Source: Actinomycetota bacterium (GTDB lineage: Bacteria; Actinomycetota; Actinomycetes; Nanopelagicales; Nanopelagicaceae). From it: 64,000 bases of DNA. Position numbers and translations under genes: made by a program. The notes beneath the pieces are model-generated. The model saw nothing but the letters and a program-made list of their open reading frames with translations, was not told the origin of the DNA and ran no database searches. The stretch lies in assembly GCA_016870815.1 (NCBI GenBank), contig VGAI01000001.1, positions 3,352 through 67,351 on the forward strand. Direction: 5' to 3'. This document shows positions 26,731-35,083 of the stretch, piece after piece. The first letter of the stretch is position 1; every line of letters starts with the position of its first letter.

Positions 26731-27399
26731 CTAATCGCCTCCGACCTGGTAGCCCTTGGCCGTTGCGACGGGTGCAGGAGCGGCAATTCGATTGAGATAG
26801 AGAAATCGTGCCACGCCCTCTTCTTTACCTTTGGGAAACTCAATCTGAACTCGAGAAAAGGAGGCGGGAAAGATGTGAAGTTGTTGAAAGTGAGCAAAGT
26901 CCCTACCTAGAAGATCGTTGATCAAGATCCTAATGATGTCCCCATGAGAACAGAGAACAATTCTTTCTCCCTGCCAATCTCGAAAACCTGCGCGAAAAGA
27001 AGTGAGACGACTTCGGCACTCCTCAAAGCTTTCACCACCTGGGAATCGAAACCCCAGTGGGTCCCTTTGCACTCTCTTCCATCCAGGAAGGAGAGCCAAT
27101 CTCTTGAGCGACTTGTCACTCCATCTCCCGTAATCCATCTCGATGATCTCTTCGGATGTTTCAAAACCTTTGACTCCTGCATATTTAAGCGTTTGCTGAC
27201 ACCGTGTCAGCGGAGAACTTATTGATTTCGTTGGCTTGAATTCGTCAATCAAGCCTGAGAGTTGCTCCGCCTGCTTAACTCCCTCAGGGCTTAAGGGGTT
27301 GGGCTCAACTCGCCCTGCTAGTTTCCCCTTGATATTGGCAATCGAGGTGGCATGTCTGATGAGAAGCAGTTCTAAGGACTTGCCATCCTTCATTCTCAT
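26731..27399 (-). CDS. Histidine phosphatase family protein (MSMEG_4193 / Rv2135c-type putative phosphomutase)
   Basis: Phosphohistidine motif LLLIRHATSIAN and the second catalytic His in LCSHGDIIR. It is the first gene of the three-gene unit. Confidence 0.8.
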   Translation of the reverse strand: MRMKDGKSLELLLIRHATSIANIKGKLAGRVEPNPLSPEGVKQAEQLSGLIDEFKPTKSISSPLTRCQQTLKYAGVKGFETSEEIIEMDYGRWSDKSLKRLALLPGWKRVQRDPLGFRFPGGESFEECRSRLTSFRAGFRDWQGERIVLCSHGDIIRILINDLLGRDFAHFQQLHIFPASFSRVQIEFPKGKEEGVARFLYLNRIAAPAPVATAKGYQVGGD

Positions 27400-27516
27400 C
27401 AGAGCAGGTTACTTTGCTTTCGCGAAGAGAACATCTTGAGCATTCTTTCGCTTGAACAAGTTGCCTTTCGTGTGTCGTGACTATTTCCTACTACCTAAAC
27501 CCAATAGCCTGCCCGC

Positions 27517-28467
27517 ATGCAGAGACGGCGATTGGGTTCTACCGGTCTTGATGTCAGTCGCCTTGCTCTAGGAACCATGACCTGGGGTCGGGATACCGAT
27601 GAACATGAGGCGGCGAATCAACTGCGAGATTTCCTTGATTCCGGGGGTAATCTCATCGACACGGCTGCGGTCTATGGTGACGGTGATAGCGAGAGAGTTA
27701 TTGGCGGTTTCCTGGGAACACTTGTCGATCGAGATGACATCCTTATAGCGACAAAGGCTGGGATATCTTTCAAAGACGGACATCGCAAGGTAGATAACTC
27801 ACGAAGTAATCTCTTGAAGGATCTCGACCGATCACTTGATCGACTCGGTATCGAGAGCGTCGATCTCTGGCAGATTCATACCTTCGATGAAGCGGTGCCG
27901 CTTGAAGAGACACTCTCTGCGTTGGATCTTGCTCTCACCTCAGGTCGGACACGTTATGTCGGAGTATCAAATTTCAATGGTTGGCAAACGGCACGAAGTG
28001 CAACAATCCAGAATCCATTTCTAGGAAAAGTCGCTCTCGCCTCGGTGCAAAATGAGTACTCCCTTCTCAATCGAAAAGTGGAGGAAGAGGTTCTCCCAGC
28101 CTGCAAAGCACTTGAGCTGGGTTTTCTTGCTTGGTCGCCACTTGGACGAGGAGTTCTCACGGGTAAGTATCAAGAGGGAATGCCTGCAGATTCTCGAGGC
28201 GCAAGCCAACACTTCGCCTCCTTCGTAGAGCCTTATCTTGATCGACGATCGAAGAAGATCACAGAAGCGGTTGTGGTCGCTGCAGATGGTTTGGGGCTTG
28301 CTCCACTTGAAGTAGCAATCGCCTGGGTTCGCGATCGACCCGGAGTTACGAGTGCAGTGATCGGAGCACGAACCGGTGCTCAACTCAAAGGCGCCCTAAG
28401 GTCAGATGAAATCGAACTTCCGGAACCTGTCATCCAGGCTTTAGAGGACGTCTCTTCGCTTCGCTAG
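27517..28467 (+). CDS. Aldo/keto reductase family oxidoreductase
   Basis: AKR pattern (RRLGSTGLDVSRLALGTMTWG ... IDTAAVYGDGDSE ... DLWQIHTFD ... YVGVSNF ... PLGRGVLTGK). Confidence 0.85.
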   Translation: MQRRRLGSTGLDVSRLALGTMTWGRDTDEHEAANQLRDFLDSGGNLIDTAAVYGDGDSERVIGGFLGTLVDRDDILIATKAGISFKDGHRKVDNSRSNLLKDLDRSLDRLGIESVDLWQIHTFDEAVPLEETLSALDLALTSGRTRYVGVSNFNGWQTARSATIQNPFLGKVALASVQNEYSLLNRKVEEEVLPACKALELGFLAWSPLGRGVLTGKYQEGMPADSRGASQHFASFVEPYLDRRSKKITEAVVVAADGLGLAPLEVAIAWVRDRPGVTSAVIGARTGAQLKGALRSDEIELPEPVIQALEDVSSLR

Positions 28468-28497
28468 TTTCTTGCCTGAAAAACTGATCTTTGGAAA

Positions 28498-29823
28498 TCA
28501 GCAGTTGATCAAGAAGTGATGAAGCGTTCTCACGCCAAAATGCAAACCTTCAATAGGAACGCGCTCATCTACGCCATGGAAGAGTGACATAAAATCAAGA
28601 TCAGCAGGGATTTTCAGTGGGCTAAATCCATATCCAGTTATCCCAAGATCTGAGAGAGCTTTATTATCGGTTCCGCCACTCATGAGATACGGAACTGGTG
28701 TGCCTTCGGGATCTTCGCTCTGGATCGCCGAACACATCGCATCGACAAGCGGGCCTTGGAAATCAACTTCTAAGGCAACATCCCGAGTCATCACTTCGAT
28801 GGATACATCTTTACCGACCAAGGATTTGATTGTCTCCAAGAGTTCGCTCTCCATACCAGGTAGGAACCGTCCATCGACGACTGCAGTCGCACTTTGTGGA
28901 ACCACATTGGTCTTATATCCCGCCTCTAACATCGAAGGGTTGGCGGTGTTCTGAAGTGTTGCGCCAATCATCTTTGCCATTCCCCCAAAATATGCAAGAT
29001 ACTTACGCAAGTTCTTGGGATCGAATGTCTCCCCCATCGCTTCCGCTACACGTTGCATAAGAATGCTCGCAGTTTTGGTCGGACGCTCTGGCCAGGGATA
29101 ACTTCCAATCGCTGAAACAGCATCAGCAAGTTTCACTACTGCGTTATCAGTCGTAATCATGGAACCGTGGCTTGCGGTCCCTCGAGCGGTCAACTTCATC
29201 CAGTTGATTCCCTTTTCGGCCGTCTCAATGAGATAAAGACGTTTTCCATTGGGAAGCGTCAGGGAGTATCCACCAACCTCAGAGACGGCTTCGCTGCATC
29301 CTGAAAAGATCTCAGGTCGGTTTTTAACTAACCAGCGACTTCCATAGATGCTTCCAGCCTCTTCATCAGCGAAGAATGCAAGAACGATGTCTCGTGGTGG
29401 CTTATATCCAATTTTCGCCCAGAGCCTCACTATCGCAAGGATCATCGCATCCATGTCTTTCATATCCACGGCGCCACGTCCCCAGAGCGCCCCATCCTTA
29501 ATCTCTCCCGAGAAAGGATCGACCGACCAATCTCTTGCATCCGCCGGAACAACATCAATATGACCATGAAGGACTAATCCGGGCCTTGAACGATCACTTC
29601 CTTCAATGCGCGCTATGACATTGCATCGATTCGAAGCGGTTTCGATAATCTCGTTCTTTATGCCAACTTCCGAGAGCAAATCAGCGACGTACATTGCGAC
29701 TTGGCGTTCATCACCTTTTCCTTCGCCATAGTTGACGCTCGGTATCCGGATCAACTCTTGGCAGATGCGAACAACTTCTGACTCAAGCTCTCCAACTTGA
29801 GCTGGCGTGAGAGTTAATGACAT
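28498..29823 (-). CDS. M20/M25/M40 family metallopeptidase (Rv2141c-like)
   Basis: Metal-ligand contexts LHGHIDVVP, GRGAVDMKD and FADEEAG. About 440 aa with the inserted dimerisation domain. Confidence 0.85.
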   Translation of the reverse strand: MSLTLTPAQVGELESEVVRICQELIRIPSVNYGEGKGDERQVAMYVADLLSEVGIKNEIIETASNRCNVIARIEGSDRSRPGLVLHGHIDVVPADARDWSVDPFSGEIKDGALWGRGAVDMKDMDAMILAIVRLWAKIGYKPPRDIVLAFFADEEAGSIYGSRWLVKNRPEIFSGCSEAVSEVGGYSLTLPNGKRLYLIETAEKGINWMKLTARGTASHGSMITTDNAVVKLADAVSAIGSYPWPERPTKTASILMQRVAEAMGETFDPKNLRKYLAYFGGMAKMIGATLQNTANPSMLEAGYKTNVVPQSATAVVDGRFLPGMESELLETIKSLVGKDVSIEVMTRDVALEVDFQGPLVDAMCSAIQSEDPEGTPVPYLMSGGTDNKALSDLGITGYGFSPLKIPADLDFMSLFHGVDERVPIEGLHFGVRTLHHFLINC

Positions 29824-29883
29824 ATGGCAGAGGGTAGCGGCGGCGACCTACATTCTCTAAAGTGCGATGCGCTCAGCCATAAC

Positions 29884-29910
29884 TTGGTGCCAATTTTGCG
29901 GTGCTAATAT
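29884..29910 (+). promoter_or_regulatory. Candidate promoter for tRNA-Leu/apt (extended -10 TGcTAATAT)
   Basis: TG-c-TAATAT at 29902-29910, 11 nt before the tRNA 5' end. A weak -35 TTGGTG lies at 29884-29889 with a 15-nt spacer. This is pattern only. Confidence 0.3.
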
Positions 29911-29921
29911 GCGCTCCCTCA

Positions 29922-30006
29922 GTCCGGGTGGCGGAATTGGCAGACGCGCTAGCTTGAGGTGCTAGTGCCCGATAAGGGCTTCGGGGTTCAAGTCCCCGTT
30001 CGGACA
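29922..30006 (+). tRNA. tRNA-Leu (anticodon GAG), class II with long variable arm
   Basis: Hand-folded 85 nt. Acceptor GTCCGGG/TTCGGAC (two G-U pairs), anticodon stem CTAGC/GCTAG with loop TTGAGGT (GAG). Variable arm GCCC-GATAA-GGGC, T-arm CGGGG-TTCAAGT-CCCCG, discriminator A. Confidence 0.9.
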
Positions 30007-30024
30007 CGTAGGAAAGGGTTTTCG

Positions 30025-30573
30025 ATGGCGCAACCACGGTCAGATGAAGGCCAGCTCTCGGAGTACATAGTCAACGTTCCGGACTATCCCCAGCCAGGCA
30101 TAATCTTCAAGGACATCACTCCGCTTCTTGCAAATGGAGATGCTTTAAGAAGGTCAATCGCCTCTCTCGCTCAAAGCTTTCAATCCAGTAAAACAGATCG
30201 AATAGCAGGAATCGAAGCGCGGGGTTTCATCCTTGGTGCGGCTGTTGCAGCCGAGATTGGCGTTGGCTTTATACCGTTGCGTAAGCCTGGTAAATCTCCA
30301 CGTGACGTTCATAGCGTTCGTTACCAGCTCGAATATGGATTCGATGAACTCCAGGTTCACAAGGATTTGATAGAAACAGATATGAACATCGGATTGATTG
30401 ATGATGTTTTGGCAACAGGAGGTACCGCGGTTGCGGCTATCGATTTGATTCAAAAAGGTGGCGGCATCGTCACGGGGTTCGGTTGTCTTTTGGAGCTCGG
30501 TTTCTTGGCAGGTCGTTCAAAGATCCAATCAACTTATCCGGGACTTCCCATACATGCGTTGGTTCAGCAATGA
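30025..30573 (+). CDS. apt: Adenine phosphoribosyltransferase
   Basis: VPDYPQPGIIFKDITPLL and the PRPP-binding loop IGLIDDVLATGGTA. I trimmed the track ORF (29959, which would overlap tRNA-Leu) to the ATG at 30025, preceded by the SD ggaaaggg. Confidence 0.9.
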   Translation: MAQPRSDEGQLSEYIVNVPDYPQPGIIFKDITPLLANGDALRRSIASLAQSFQSSKTDRIAGIEARGFILGAAVAAEIGVGFIPLRKPGKSPRDVHSVRYQLEYGFDELQVHKDLIETDMNIGLIDDVLATGGTAVAAIDLIQKGGGIVTGFGCLLELGFLAGRSKIQSTYPGLPIHALVQQ

Positions 30574-30622
30574 ATCGAATCTCAATGAGTTTTTCAGACA
30601 AGTATTCGCAGCAGGAGGTGAG

Positions 30623-31279
30623 ATGGCCGAGCTGATCTATTACTGCGGGACTATGGATTCGGGAAAATCAACCCTTGCCCTGCAGACCGCGCACAATCAC
30701 CAGAGCAGAGGACGACAGGGTTTGATCTTCACCTCAAAGGATCGAGCCGGGTCCGGAACCATTTCCTCTCGACTTGGGTTGCGTTCTGAGGCCATTGAAG
30801 TCGCGACTGACCTGGACATTCATAAATTTGTAGTTGAACGGCTTTCTATTGGTACCCGGATCGATTACGTCATCTGTGATGAGGCGCAGTTCTATCAAGA
30901 ATCTCAGATCGAGCAGTTAGCGAGAATCGCCGATGGTCTCGGCATCGACGTATACGCGTTCGGGATTCTTACTGATTTTCGCACCAAACTCTTTCCCGGT
31001 TCGGCGCGTCTAGTCGAGCTTGCCGACCGAGTACAAACGTTGCAGGTCGAGGCCCTTTGCTGGTGTGGCGAGAGAGCAACTCACAACGCCAGAACGGTCA
31101 ATGGCGTGATGGTCACTGAGGGTGAACAAGTTGTGGTTGGCGATGTAGCTACAGGGGTTGCGGATCGAGTTGCATACGAAGTTCTCTGCCGAAGACACCA
31201 TATGCGAAAAGTAGTCACCGGATCTTCGAATGAAGTGCTTGGTCAGAAGAGTACGGAGCCTCTACCTTTTCAAGGATAA
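30623..31279 (+). CDS. tdk: Thymidine kinase
   Basis: P-loop YYCGTMDSGKST and Zn-ribbon cysteines (CWCG...CRRHH). I trimmed the track ORF (30458) to the ATG at 30623, preceded by AGGAGG at 30613-30618. Confidence 0.9.
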   Translation: MAELIYYCGTMDSGKSTLALQTAHNHQSRGRQGLIFTSKDRAGSGTISSRLGLRSEAIEVATDLDIHKFVVERLSIGTRIDYVICDEAQFYQESQIEQLARIADGLGIDVYAFGILTDFRTKLFPGSARLVELADRVQTLQVEALCWCGERATHNARTVNGVMVTEGEQVVVGDVATGVADRVAYEVLCRRHHMRKVVTGSSNEVLGQKSTEPLPFQG

Positions 31280-31292
31280 GCACTCCTAATGA

Positions 31293-32021
31293 CTACCGTG
31301 CAAGAAAGCCAGCAAGAAGCGGGGCAATAAAGATCGCGGGCAACAAGTTGCCGACCGCAATTCGTTTGATTCCCATTGATCCCAATGCAATTCCTATCAG
31401 CAGTATTCCTCCAGTAATAGTCAGCGCCTGCACCTGCACATCGCTGAGAATCTCACCTAAACCAAAGCCAACTCCAGTCCAGACAAACTGATAGATCCCC
31501 ACCGGAATGGCAGATAGACCAACTCCCCAGCCATAAGTGGCCGCGAACATGATGGACATGAAGAAATCAAGCGTGCTCTTCAGGATCAATAACTCGATTC
31601 CTTCACCCATGCCATCACTTATGCCACCAAGTACCGCCATAGGGCCTACGCCAAAGAGAATCGAAGCGGCTAGGAATCCTTCGACAAATCGAGGATTCTC
31701 ATCCTTAGAGAATCTGTTCTTGAGGCTAGTGCCAAAAATTTCTAGCCGTCGTTCAATTCCGCTCCAATGTCCAAGAAGTGCGCCAATAGCGAGCGAGAAA
31801 AGAATGACCAGAATCGATACGCCTCGATCGAAAGAGTCCTGAAATTTTCGATCCCAGAATGTGCGAAGTGAATCTGCAGAAGCAATAAGTACGACAAAGC
31901 CCATAGCTTGAGTGAGAAGATCACGGAGCTCTGAGTGGAACTTCTTACCCATAATCAATCCGAGCAAAGTTCCTATGGCGATTGCCACAACGTTAATGAG
32001 TGTTCCGCCACCGATGATCAC
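31293..32021 (-). CDS. DUF554-family membrane protein (YdfK/YqgA-like), function unknown
   Basis: Family-typical N-terminus GGGTLINVVAIAIGTLLGLIMGKKF...LTQAMGFVVLI. Polytopic. GTG start. Confidence 0.7.
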   Translation of the reverse strand: MIIGGGTLINVVAIAIGTLLGLIMGKKFHSELRDLLTQAMGFVVLIASADSLRTFWDRKFQDSFDRGVSILVILFSLAIGALLGHWSGIERRLEIFGTSLKNRFSKDENPRFVEGFLAASILFGVGPMAVLGGISDGMGEGIELLILKSTLDFFMSIMFAATYGWGVGLSAIPVGIYQFVWTGVGFGLGEILSDVQVQALTITGGILLIGIALGSMGIKRIAVGNLLPAIFIAPLLAGFLAR

Positions 32022-32037
32022 TGAGAGAGTCTAGACT

Positions 32038-32715
32038 TTGCTGACAATGAGTTTTCCCGCATGGTTTCGCTTCTTCACGCCACATAAGACCATTCCAAAG
32101 ACCCCGTGGACCGCTGAACATCAATGGCAGATCTCTCCATTGCGAATATTCATGCTTGTACTCGGTCTTGCTCTCTTCGGGATCGGTGATGCTTTAGTCA
32201 TCTCATCTGATATTGGAAACGCCCCATGGTCAGTGCTTGCCCAAGGGTTATCTCTCCGATTCGATGTTTCGATAGGACTGGCCACTGTTTTCGTTGGAGC
32301 TGCAGTTCTACTTCTCTGGATTCCGCTCAAACGACGAGTGGGCCTCGGGACAATCGTTAACATCTTCGTGATTTCTGCATTCATTGATCTGGGATTGATG
32401 ATCTTCCCTCAAGCAGAGAATCAGATCTTCGGTGTCGGCTACGTTTTGGGTGGAACACTTCTCGTTGGTCTCGGCTCTGCGCTTTACTTGACCTGCGGCC
32501 TTGGGGCAGGTCCGCGCGATGGCTTGATGACAGGCCTCCATGAGAAGACTGGGGTGAGGGTCGGGCGAGTTCGACTCACCCTTGAAGTGCTAGTCCTAAT
32601 TTCTGGAGCACTTCTTGGCGGTACATGGGGCCTTGGGACTGCGCTCTTTGCCATTGCCATAGGTCAGTCAGTTGCAATCTGGCTGGGTGTCGTAGCCCGA
32701 ACTACCGCTAGGTAA
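32038..32715 (+). CDS. YczE/YitT-like polytopic membrane protein, function unknown
   Basis: Pattern LGLALFGIGDALVISSDIGNAPWSVLAQGL... repeated as GLGSALYLTCGLGAGPRDGLM. TTG start at 32038 with an SD 7-8 nt upstream. An alternative ATG lies at 32047. Confidence 0.6.
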   Translation: MLTMSFPAWFRFFTPHKTIPKTPWTAEHQWQISPLRIFMLVLGLALFGIGDALVISSDIGNAPWSVLAQGLSLRFDVSIGLATVFVGAAVLLLWIPLKRRVGLGTIVNIFVISAFIDLGLMIFPQAENQIFGVGYVLGGTLLVGLGSALYLTCGLGAGPRDGLMTGLHEKTGVRVGRVRLTLEVLVLISGALLGGTWGLGTALFAIAIGQSVAIWLGVVARTTAR

Positions 32716-32816
32716 CACATAGGTTTAGGGCTTCCTCAGAGACTTCCCTGTTTTTCCATATCCGTCTTCCCCCGGGGTCGAAAACACCCCCGTCACCAAA
32801 ACAGAAAGGTAAATCC

Positions 32817-34337
32817 GTGCTCGATAAATACTTCAAAATCACCGAGCGTGGTTCCACTATCTCACGGGAGATACGAGGAGGGTTCGTAACATTCTTCACG
32901 ATGGGTTACATCGTGGCGTTGAATCCTCTCATTCTCGGAGGCGCAGACTCCAAGGGAAACTTCCTTGGCGGAGGAACCGCTGGTCCTAACATCGCCATGG
33001 TCGCTGCTGCAACAGCGCTCATCGCAGGCGTAATGTCCATCCTGATGGGTGTCATTGCAAACTTTCCACTTGCTCTAGCAACTGGTCTAGGCCTTAACAC
33101 CTTTGTGGCCGTTGGCATTGCTCAGCTTCCCGAGATGACATGGGCTGATGCGATGGGTCTCGTAGTCCTCGAAGGCCTCATCATTCTGATTCTCGTCTTG
33201 ACGGGATTCCGCATCGCTGTCTTCAAAGCCGTTCCAAGACAACTGAAGATAGCCATTTCGGTCGGAATTGGATTGTTCATTGCTCTGATCGGTTTGGTTG
33301 ACGCCGGATTTGTTCGTAAAACTCCAGGCACAGGACCGGTGCCTGTCACTCTCGGTTACGACGGCAAGTTAGTAGGCTGGCCAGTAATCGTCTTTGCCTT
33401 TGGTGTAATTCTTACAATTGCGCTCTGGGTGCGTAAAATCAAGGCAGCGCTGCTCATCGGTATCGTTGTCTCAACCGTCGTAGCGATTGTCATTGAAAGA
33501 ACATTCAAAATTGGTGCCAACTTCATTCCTAAAGGCGTCATTGATGGGGTTTTTGGGGGCAAGCTTCCACAAACTTACTTTGATGCAGGCGGTGTTGTGC
33601 TCGACAATGGCGATTTCGTCAATTCAAAGGGTTGGGGACTTAATGTCCCTGCAGTTCCAAGTTCCGTCGTTGAGACGCCAAACTTTGATCTCTTGGGTCA
33701 ATTCAACCTCTTTGGTTCTTTTAGCAAAATCGGTGTTGTAACCGTAGTGCTCTTGGTCTTCACACTCCTACTTGCTGACTTCTTCGACACTATGGGCACG
33801 ATGACCGCTATCGGTCATCAAGCTGGTCTCGTCGACAGCGATGGGAATGTTCCTAACGCGAACAAGATCCTGGTTGTTGACTCTCTTGCCGCTGCAGCAG
33901 GTGGCGCGGGAGCTGTTTCATCCAACACTTCCTATATCGAAAGCGCCTCTGGCGTTGGCGAAGGAGCCCGTACCGGTCTTGCCTCTGTTGTTACTGGAGT
34001 ACTCTTCCTAGTGACAACATTCCTTGCTCCACTCGTCAAGGTAATCCCTTATGAAGCTGCAGTGCCAGCACTCATCATCGTTGGATTCTTAATGATGACT
34101 CAGATCAAAGAGATCGATTGGCAGGATTTTGGTATTGCAATGCCAGCCTTCCTAACAATCATCTTGATGCCTTTCACTTACAACATTGCAGTTGGCATTG
34201 GTGCAGGCTTTGTCACGCATGTTGTAATAAGGCTCTTCCAGGGTCGCGCCAAAGAGATTCATCCTCTCCTATGGCTCGTCTCAGGCCTCTTCATGGTCTA
34301 TTTCCTTTCATCACCAATCAACATCTGGCTAGCTTAG
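32817..34337 (+). CDS. NCS2-family purine permease (AzgA / PbuG-type adenine-guanine-hypoxanthine permease)
   Basis: 506 aa. The N-terminus (V)LDKYFKITERGSTISREIRGGFVTFFTMGYI is typical of the AzgA-like subfamily. Conserved ...NTSYIESASGV... GTG start. Confidence 0.85.
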   Translation: MLDKYFKITERGSTISREIRGGFVTFFTMGYIVALNPLILGGADSKGNFLGGGTAGPNIAMVAAATALIAGVMSILMGVIANFPLALATGLGLNTFVAVGIAQLPEMTWADAMGLVVLEGLIILILVLTGFRIAVFKAVPRQLKIAISVGIGLFIALIGLVDAGFVRKTPGTGPVPVTLGYDGKLVGWPVIVFAFGVILTIALWVRKIKAALLIGIVVSTVVAIVIERTFKIGANFIPKGVIDGVFGGKLPQTYFDAGGVVLDNGDFVNSKGWGLNVPAVPSSVVETPNFDLLGQFNLFGSFSKIGVVTVVLLVFTLLLADFFDTMGTMTAIGHQAGLVDSDGNVPNANKILVVDSLAAAAGGAGAVSSNTSYIESASGVGEGARTGLASVVTGVLFLVTTFLAPLVKVIPYEAAVPALIIVGFLMMTQIKEIDWQDFGIAMPAFLTIILMPFTYNIAVGIGAGFVTHVVIRLFQGRAKEIHPLLWLVSGLFMVYFLSSPINIWLA

Positions 34338-34357
34338 GAAGTCGCTAGCAAGCACTG

Positions 34358-34401
34358 AAACGCCAGAGGAAGAGTTCGAAAGATCCCTTCCTCTGGCGTT
34401 T
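34358..34401. terminator. Bidirectional intrinsic terminator between the convergent permease and ung genes
   Basis: Perfect 15-bp stem AAACGCCAGAGGAAG (34358-34372) / CTTCCTCTGGCGTTT (34387-34401) with a 14-nt loop. The A-run and T-run at the stem ends supply a U-tract in both transcription directions. Confidence 0.7.
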
Positions 34402-34432
34402 GGCTTCTGTTAAAGCGTTTATAACACCGCTT

Positions 34433-35083
34433 TCACCATTGGACTGGATCGTCAAGCATCTGGTTGATCCGACTGAAGGGCCTTGACCCGAAGAAACCCC
34501 GATGGGCTGATAAGGGGCTTGGATGCACTCCTGTTACTGCGCGATCCCCAAAAAGGTGCTTCAGTTCACCTGCGTTCTTGCCCCACAAAATAGCCGCTCC
34601 GCCGGCTTTAGCGATGAACTGACAGATTCGAGTGGTGATCTCCAACCAGCCAAAACTTTCATGAGAGTTGGATTCTCCTTCATTGACGCTGAGCGTTCTA
34701 TTGAGAAGCATGACACCCTGTTCTTCCCATTCCATCAAATCAGGACTAGGGACCTTGCCGCCGACATCATCCAACTTCTCTTTGATTATGTTCTTCAAAG
34801 ACGGCGGTAGTTGAGCGCTTTCGCGGGGAACGGCAAATGAACGACCGATTGCGTATCGACGATCTGGGTAGGGATCTTGACCGACAATCACGACCCGAAC
34901 CTTCTCTGGCGCGATCGAGAGTGCAGCAAAGACCGAATTCTTATCAGGGAGAATTGTTTTTCCCTGACTTACCTGTTTGCCAATCTCGACCTCAATATTG
35001 ATCAGTTTTTCATGCAAGCCAGAGAGCGCATCCCGCCAGAGAGGCGGAATCAGGTCAACGAGAGAGGGCGAAGTAGCGACCAT
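34433..35083 (-). CDS. ung: Uracil-DNA glycosylase, family 1
   Basis: Motifs VVIVGQDPYP and GVHPSPLSA. I trimmed the track ORF (35158) to the ATG at 35083. That start puts GQDPYP at the same distance from the N-terminus as in mycobacterial Ung as I recall it. It overlaps the upstream ABC gene by 29 nt. Confidence 0.9.
   Translation of the reverse strand: MVATSPSLVDLIPPLWRDALSGLHEKLINIEVEIGKQVSQGKTILPDKNSVFAALSIAPEKVRVVIVGQDPYPDRRYAIGRSFAVPRESAQLPPSLKNIIKEKLDDVGGKVPSPDLMEWEEQGVMLLNRTLSVNEGESNSHESFGWLEITTRICQFIAKAGGAAILWGKNAGELKHLFGDRAVTGVHPSPLSAHRGFFGSRPFSRINQMLDDPVQW

Noticed and set aside
27472-27494. Second RDRM-like string GTGTCGTGA-N8-TACTAC in the divergent spacer upstream of the aldo/keto reductase.
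   Set aside because: The core matches only TGTCG. The three following positions and the final T of TAnnnT do not match, so this is likely chance.
29959-30024. N-terminal extensions in the ORF track that run into the upstream gene or a tRNA. Affected genes are apt (29959), tdk (30458), lnt (10597), HAD (19864), ung (35158), mihF-gmk (46715), aroC (60736), aroE (62060), carA (53535), carB (52391) and efp (57339).
   Set aside because: The extensions overlap neighbouring genes (or tRNA-Leu) by 17-125 nt and add non-conserved residues. Internal ATG/GTG codons reproduce homolog N-termini and have proper SD spacing or canonical 4-nt or 8-nt overlaps.
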